Shown one piece after another: positions 37,574-42,306 of a stretch of DNA of 42,306 nucleotides. The notes below the pieces were generated by a model. The model was not told the origin of the DNA and searched no databases. It saw only the letters and a list, made by a program, of their open reading frames with translations. Numbering within the stretch: position 1 is the stretch's first letter; each line of letters begins with the position of its first letter. Location: assembly GCA_001687465.1 (NCBI GenBank), contig LVLI01000013.1, positions 62,001 through 104,306 on the forward strand, in the 5' to 3' direction. The DNA is from Halocafeteria seosinensis (Eukaryota). A program made the position numbers and the translations under genes.

Positions 37574-38158
37574 TTACGACGCATCCTCGTCGATAGGGTA
37601 GGCCTGCGTCTCACGGAGGTGATCGTACGTGCGTCCAATAGAGCACTCACTCCGTGCACTGACTTACTTTGATTTGATCAGCAGCATGAAACAATACCCA
37701 GCCGACAAATGATGCACCGAGCGTCAGAAACATCATGACTATCACCGTTATCTTCCCTGCCACGATCCGTGTGGTTACCTGGCGCACGGTCACGCATAGC
37801 GTTTTTGATTTTCCTTACATATGCAACACAGCATCTATGCTCGAGCACATACGATTGGTTCCTTTTCTTCCTCATCTCCTGTTTCGCGGGGTGCCATTGT
37901 AAGAATAAGAACCACAATGCCGGTCAAAAGGGTGCCAATCAGTATGAAGCCCCTGGATAAATTTCAAAAAAAAAAACAAGCCAACAGCTCAGTATGTGAA
38001 TATACATAGTATTCAAAGAGCGTAGTGGATATCGTACAGCTGAGCACTCACTTCCTTTGTGGTGTACCACGGCCGACAAGGCAAATGAGGATGGAGACAA
38101 TCACCGTAAGTAGGATAATAAACGTCCCAACGCCAACGCCTGCTACTCGGGCACTCAT
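37574..38158 (-). CDS. TMEM218-like ciliary transition-zone membrane protein (4 exons; not in the ORF track)
   Basis: Spliced across three GT-AG introns: MSARVAGVGVGTFIILLTVIVSILICLVGRGTPQRK/GFILIGTLLTGIVVLILTMAPRETGDEEEKEPI/VTTRIVAGKITVIVMMFLTLGASFVGWVLFHAADQIK/AYPIDEDAS*. GVGxG start, three TMs, PR after TM2 and ~115 aa match TMEM218. Confidence 0.7.
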
Positions 38159-38344
38159 CTTAACAACAAGAGGGGAACAGTTGGGAGTGTACCACACATA
38201 CGATGGATGAATCGATTGTTCTACCTACAACAGACGCATGAATCAAGCGTCTATTTCCACCTAACAATACATACGTTCTTACTTGCTTAGTAATGATACC
38301 AAGTCTTACTTTTGTTGAAGCATCGGTGAATGACCGCTACCAAG

Positions 38345-38787
38345 ATGTCGACCTGGAGAAATCTTGTCAATACATGGAAGTATCTGGTACACCAAAGACC
38401 TGGAGGGTCGCCGCCTGTGTACGTTTATTGTCGTTCGTGTCCATATGCCTTTATACGCACTCGGTATCCTGTTGCAGCAAGACTCTTGGAGTGCATTGGC
38501 ACTTCTGGCATCTCCTTTATGCAATTACCCCCGCCACGGCGCTTTGGTTCTACGCTGAATACAGAGAGCCAAGAGCTCGTTCGGAGCATGGATCAAGCTT
38601 CCTCTCCCGACCGAATAACCCTAAAGATTTGACCGATACAGCTTGGAAAGTACGCCGCCTGGAGGAGGAACTCCAGAACATCAGTAGCCCTGTGGACACT
38701 CAGCAATCCCCAGAAAGGCGCGGGTGCTCTGAGAGTGGTGATGCATCCGAAAAATTGGATAAAATAGACAACCGGAGTAATCGGTGA
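38345..38787 (+). CDS. Small single-pass membrane protein with short coiled coil, unknown function (2 exons)
   Basis: MSTWRNLVNTWKYLVHQRPGGSPPV, intron gtacgt...ttgcag, then KTLGVHWHFWHLLYAITPATALWFYAEYR...KVRRLEEEL. Alternative ATG at 38330. Confidence 0.6.
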
Positions 38788-39129
38788 AATAGACTCCTGA
38801 GTCCTTCCGCGTGTACAACTGGCGTTCGTTCTCGACCGAAGAGTTAGCGAGCTCGTTCCAAAACTCCAGTGAGAGACCACGGTGTGACAACCTTGACGGT
38901 GGTGCTTCCAGCTGGAAGGACATTTGTGCAAAACATGGCGACATCTGCTAGTGCACGACGGAAGTTGCTCAGAGTACCTCACCTTGTTACAGCCGTTTAC
39001 CCCACGTGCGAATAGCTCACTACACAATGCATATGTAACATTATCTGCTAAAGCATTGGCACGCCGCAACAAGTGGGATATCTAGAAACTTACCTAAGAA
39101 TAAGCCTCATTGGGAGACACCAAACTGGC

Positions 39130-39755
39130 AACGCAACAGATACGAAACATTCAAGGAGACGTTGGATGAGGTCGGAAAATTGCGACTTCAGGCCTGTCGA
39201 CAATTTTGAGCAGCTGATTGGTTGATGGCACTTCCACAGCAGCCATTCACGACAGTTGAGGACCTGCAATGGTGGATTGAAAATCAGCTCACAAAGTTCT
39301 TGTAGATATTGCTTCCAGCCATTGGCTCACAGTCTTGGCCATCACCTGAAAAAGTGTAATCACACAAGCGCCAGACGGCCGCGAACAACTAGGCACAATA
39401 TGTTGAGGGGCAATCTTGTCCGCGGATTGCAGCAGTGGGATATCCCCGTCCCCATCGAAAAGGAACCTGAGCAATCAAGAGATAGGGCGGATATTCGTCT
39501 TTCGGCCGGGTCCACGCTGGTGGATTTGGGCGTTTGCGATCCGTTGTCCTATACACAGCTCCAGAAACATGACCTCCAAGGAGATACTAGGGCAATGGAA
39601 CGGAACAAGCTCAAACATTACGAGCCGCTGTGTTCTCAGACAGGACTATCCTTCTTCTATTGCATGCAGACGTTTGGTGGCCTTGATAGGAAGGCAGAGG
39701 AATTTTTCCAAGGTCTTTCGCGGTGCGAGCCTTGTCTGAGGGTTGTCAGCCAGCT
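39130..39755 (+). mobile_element. Decayed non-LTR retrotransposon fragment A: zinc knuckle + restriction-like endonuclease
   Basis: RLQACRQF*AADWLMALP; CRYC...HHLKKC; RTTRHN; EKEP; RADI; VDLGVCDP; ERNKLKHY; QTFGGL. Contains a stop and a frameshift. Confidence 0.85.
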
Positions 39756-40045
39756 TCATGATGCACCTCACTATCTATGGGGACTCCAATAACGCCATCA
39801 AATGGGCTCAGGGAACGCTCGCCTGTAATTCACCCCACCTACAGCCAGTCCTTCAGAGGATAACGGAGACGCTGGAACGACTACGGGAAAAGCCTCAGGG
39901 GGACTCTATCTCTCTGAATCACGTTCCTCGTGCTCGTAAGCAAAACACGGGTGCTGACCGTCTGGCCAACGAAGCAATTGATCAGGACATAATTTTTTGC
40001 AATTATTCTACGGGATTACTTCTTGGGGAATCCGGCCTCGCTGGT
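39756..40045 (+). mobile_element. Retroelement fragment: C-terminal half of an archaeal-type RNase H
   Basis: HLTIYGDSNNAIKWAQG...HVPRARKQNTGADRLANEAID matches the GDS...HVPR..N..AD.LAN.A.D pattern of RNase HI-like domains. Confidence 0.8.
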
Positions 40046-40464
40046 GGATTAATTTTGGGTATTCTTTTTCCTACAACCTACTTAATTCCACATATTATCT
40101 AAGGAGATATTACCAACGCAACCAGGAATGGCAATATCAATCCGCAGGACGATGCCGAAAGAGACTCCATGCTGGAACACTTGGAGGCTGAAAGCACATA
40201 CGCTACCCAAGGGGAAGCACTACCACGCAACGACAACGACGATGCAGACCAATCCTTTGTTCCGGTAAGCGAGAACAGCGGTAGTTCTAGTGCAGAATTT
40301 TCCGATGTCGATTCTGACGGACAAGAAAACAACATGCGACCCCGTGTATTGGATACGAGGCCGTTTGGACCAGCGACAGAAGACTCGGTATAGCAGGTAA
40401 CAACCCTGTTCCAATACAACCTTCGTATCAACAATGCCAACGAGAAGCTCCCTGAAGACTTTTG

Positions 40465-41349
40465 TTACCCTCGTGTTTGTGTATTTATTTTCTTTTAGGA
40501 CCACTATTATCGACCTACTCCACCACTAGCTACCGGCAACACAAGTTGCAACCACCGATGAGCCAAGTTGCTGTTAGCATGCATCAAGCCACAACTCAAC
40601 CTTTCCCGAAGAGCGCAAACATATCCCACCGGATCAAAAACCCGGAGACAAGCCGGACGGTTCCGCAAGTCCGAGAGAAAGTCCAATCCTTTCCGTCCTA
40701 TACCCCCAAAAGTCTGAAAAACCACCGGCAAAAACCTCTTGTGAGCCTCCTGGCAAACTCTATCATACTTACGACATTTCATCCTTTCCCTTACTGCCGT
40801 CGCCGCAGTCGAAGATAAGTTTTGTTAAGCTCCAACCGCTGACGGACTGGTGACGGAAACATCCAACACAAGAGGACCCCGTGGTTGCACAACTTCTACA
40901 TCTCCTCTCATACTACTGCCCTGCTTAACCAGAGGCTCCTTTTCCACCACAAGACCCCAAGACGAGAGAGCCCCTATGATGACATCCCTGAGCTGATTAT
41001 GCCGATCCGTTCTTCCGTTGATCATATCCCCGTAAGAACATACGAAGGCATGTTGAGTAAGATCCGCAACGAATTCATCACACAATGGGCATATCTCCGG
41101 AATTTCCACCCTAGCTAACGGGAGTCACAAACGCAGCCTCGCACCAATCCTCCATTGAAGATCAGAAAACTGCTTTTCGAAGAGGTTGGGAACGCCCGCA
41201 GCCAATCTTGAGCTCCCGTTTCCTGAGTCGCCTTCCATCTGGCCTTTCCATCCTCATCCCCTTTGGGGAAACTCCAATTGAGCTCGCCCTTCATTATTTG
41301 GTCAGTGAGCCAGCTCTGCTGCTTCCGATTAGGTGCACACTCCTCCAAA
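40465..41349 (-). mobile_element. Decayed non-LTR retrotransposon fragment B: zinc knuckle + RLE + 3' end
   Basis: ARWKATQETGAQDWLRAFP; CPLC...HAFVC; RTDRHNQLRD; EKEP; RGDV; LDVSVTSP; KCRKY; FLPVVFQTFGG; ORF stop at 40507-40509 followed by an A-rich tail. Internal stops present. Confidence 0.88.
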
Positions 41350-41452
41350 GTGGTTATAGGGAAATACTCCCCTAACGAGTTTATAGGGAGTCCGGATCCC
41401 CCACGAGGTATTCCCCTGTAGAATCATTACAAAACATTATGTCTTTCCGATC
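41350..41452 (-). mobile_element. 3' tail of the RNase H-terminated element, copy 2
   Basis: DRKDIMFCNDSTGEYLVGDPDSL* plus UTR; close DNA match to 42072-42173. Confidence 0.8.
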
Positions 41453-41454
41453 AA

Positions 41455-41776
41455 GGCAACATCGTTGAGCGTGGCCTCTCCAACAACGTCTATGCGTGGC
41501 CATGGAAGCAGAAAACCAGAAGCGGACAAAGTACTCCCACCTACGCAGACATGATAGGGAGCTCATTCCTTTCGCGATGGAAGCGACTGGAGGCTTCGGA
41601 GACGATGCGTATCGCTTCCTTAAGAGTCTGGCAAAGAGATTTCCGGGGACACTGAAAGGAGCGTGGGACCAACGAACTACAGGAAGCTGGTGATGTCTCG
41701 GCTAAGCCTGTGCTTGATGAGAGAGAACGTCAAAATGATCCGGCATTTCGTGACTACCGCGCAATTTGAAACGTAA
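41455..41776 (+). mobile_element. Decayed non-LTR fragment C: RLE C-terminus of a third family
   Basis: AENQKRTKY...LIPFAMEATGGFGDDAYRFLKSLA, then after a frameshift RLSLCLMRENVKMI...*. Confidence 0.8.
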
Positions 41777-41848
41777 GTAGAATGGTATCATCTTGCTTGT
41801 AGATTCTTCCGGTAGACCGTATACAATACACACAACGTCCTAAATAGA

Positions 41849-41930
41849 ATCATGCTGCCACTTCGCCAAGGTGGCTTGGGAATCACGGGCTTCTACTTGA
41901 CGTCAGATGCGGCCTACATCCTTTCGTTGT
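41849..41930 (+). mobile_element. Small non-LTR fragment (post-RT LP...GGLG motif)
   Basis: IMLPLRQGGLGITGFYLTSDAAYILS. Confidence 0.65.
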
Positions 41931-41994
41931 GTATTGTATTTACTCTTACAAAGATTGAGGAAAAATGAAGGAATACCTAAAATTACTCTACAAG

Positions 41995-42306
41995 TGACCC
42001 GTTGTGTATTTATTTTCTTTTTAGGAGCACTATTATCGACCTACTCCAGATTCTGATTATTGTATATTCATGTGATTATAGGGAAATACTCCCCTAAGAG
42101 TTTAAAGGGAGTCCGGATCCCCCACGAAGTATTCCCCTGTAGAATCATTACAAAACATGATGTCTTTCCGATCGATTGCCTCGTTAGCTAGACCACCACT
42201 AGCTACCGGCAACACAAGTTGCAACCACCGATGAGCCAAGTTGCTGTTAGCATGCATCAAGCCACAACTCAACCTTTCCCGAAGATCGCAAACATATCCC
42301 ACCGGA
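41995..42306 (-). mobile_element. Second copy of the fragment B 3' end, interrupted at 42049-42192 by RNase H-element tail copy 3
   Basis: 42193-42306 matches 40520-40633 (one mismatch seen); ~41995-42048 matches ~40465-40522; the insert encodes LANEAIDRKDIMFCNDSTGEYFVGDPDSL*. Confidence 0.88.

Noticed and set aside
40099..40460. Acidic plus-strand reading (ORF 40169..40393) amid the retroelement debris
   Set aside because: Possibly an element N-terminal remnant, but it has no diagnostic motif, so it is not called.
1..42306. Prokaryotic systems (CRISPR arrays, operons, defence islands) or a non-standard genetic code
   Set aside because: No repeat-spacer arrays are present. Breaks in host genes resolve as GT-AG introns under the standard code, and in-frame stops occur only in decayed elements.

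Overview
Compact, intron-containing eukaryotic DNA with short GT-AG introns. The organism is probably a flagellated protist; a stramenopile is inferred from the eL27 C-terminus and the gene content. Genes in order: a 5'-truncated UBL + Tudor/MBT-like protein; three intronless HtrL/YibB-like type II membrane putative glycosyltransferases separated by gene-poor spacers; a PH + cyclic-nucleotide-binding protein; serine palmitoyltransferase LCB1; RPL38 (4 exons, absent from the ORF track); two orphan membrane proteins; RPL27; an RSP7-like RIIa/EF-hand protein; SEC24; a K+-independent H+-pyrophosphatase; ZNF598/Hel2; an ARP10/11-like actin-related protein; a TMEM218-like protein (absent from the ORF track); and a small single-pass membrane protein. 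The last ~3.2 kb is a pile of decayed non-LTR retrotransposon fragments: three different restriction-like-endonuclease C-termini and three copies of an archaeal-type RNase H tail, one nested in-frame in a near-identical duplicate. Best leads are the HtrL-like triplet, the RLE/RNase H nesting, and structured snoRNA-like elements in long introns of both ribosomal protein genes. All calls come from reading motifs by eye; no database searches or folding programs were run.
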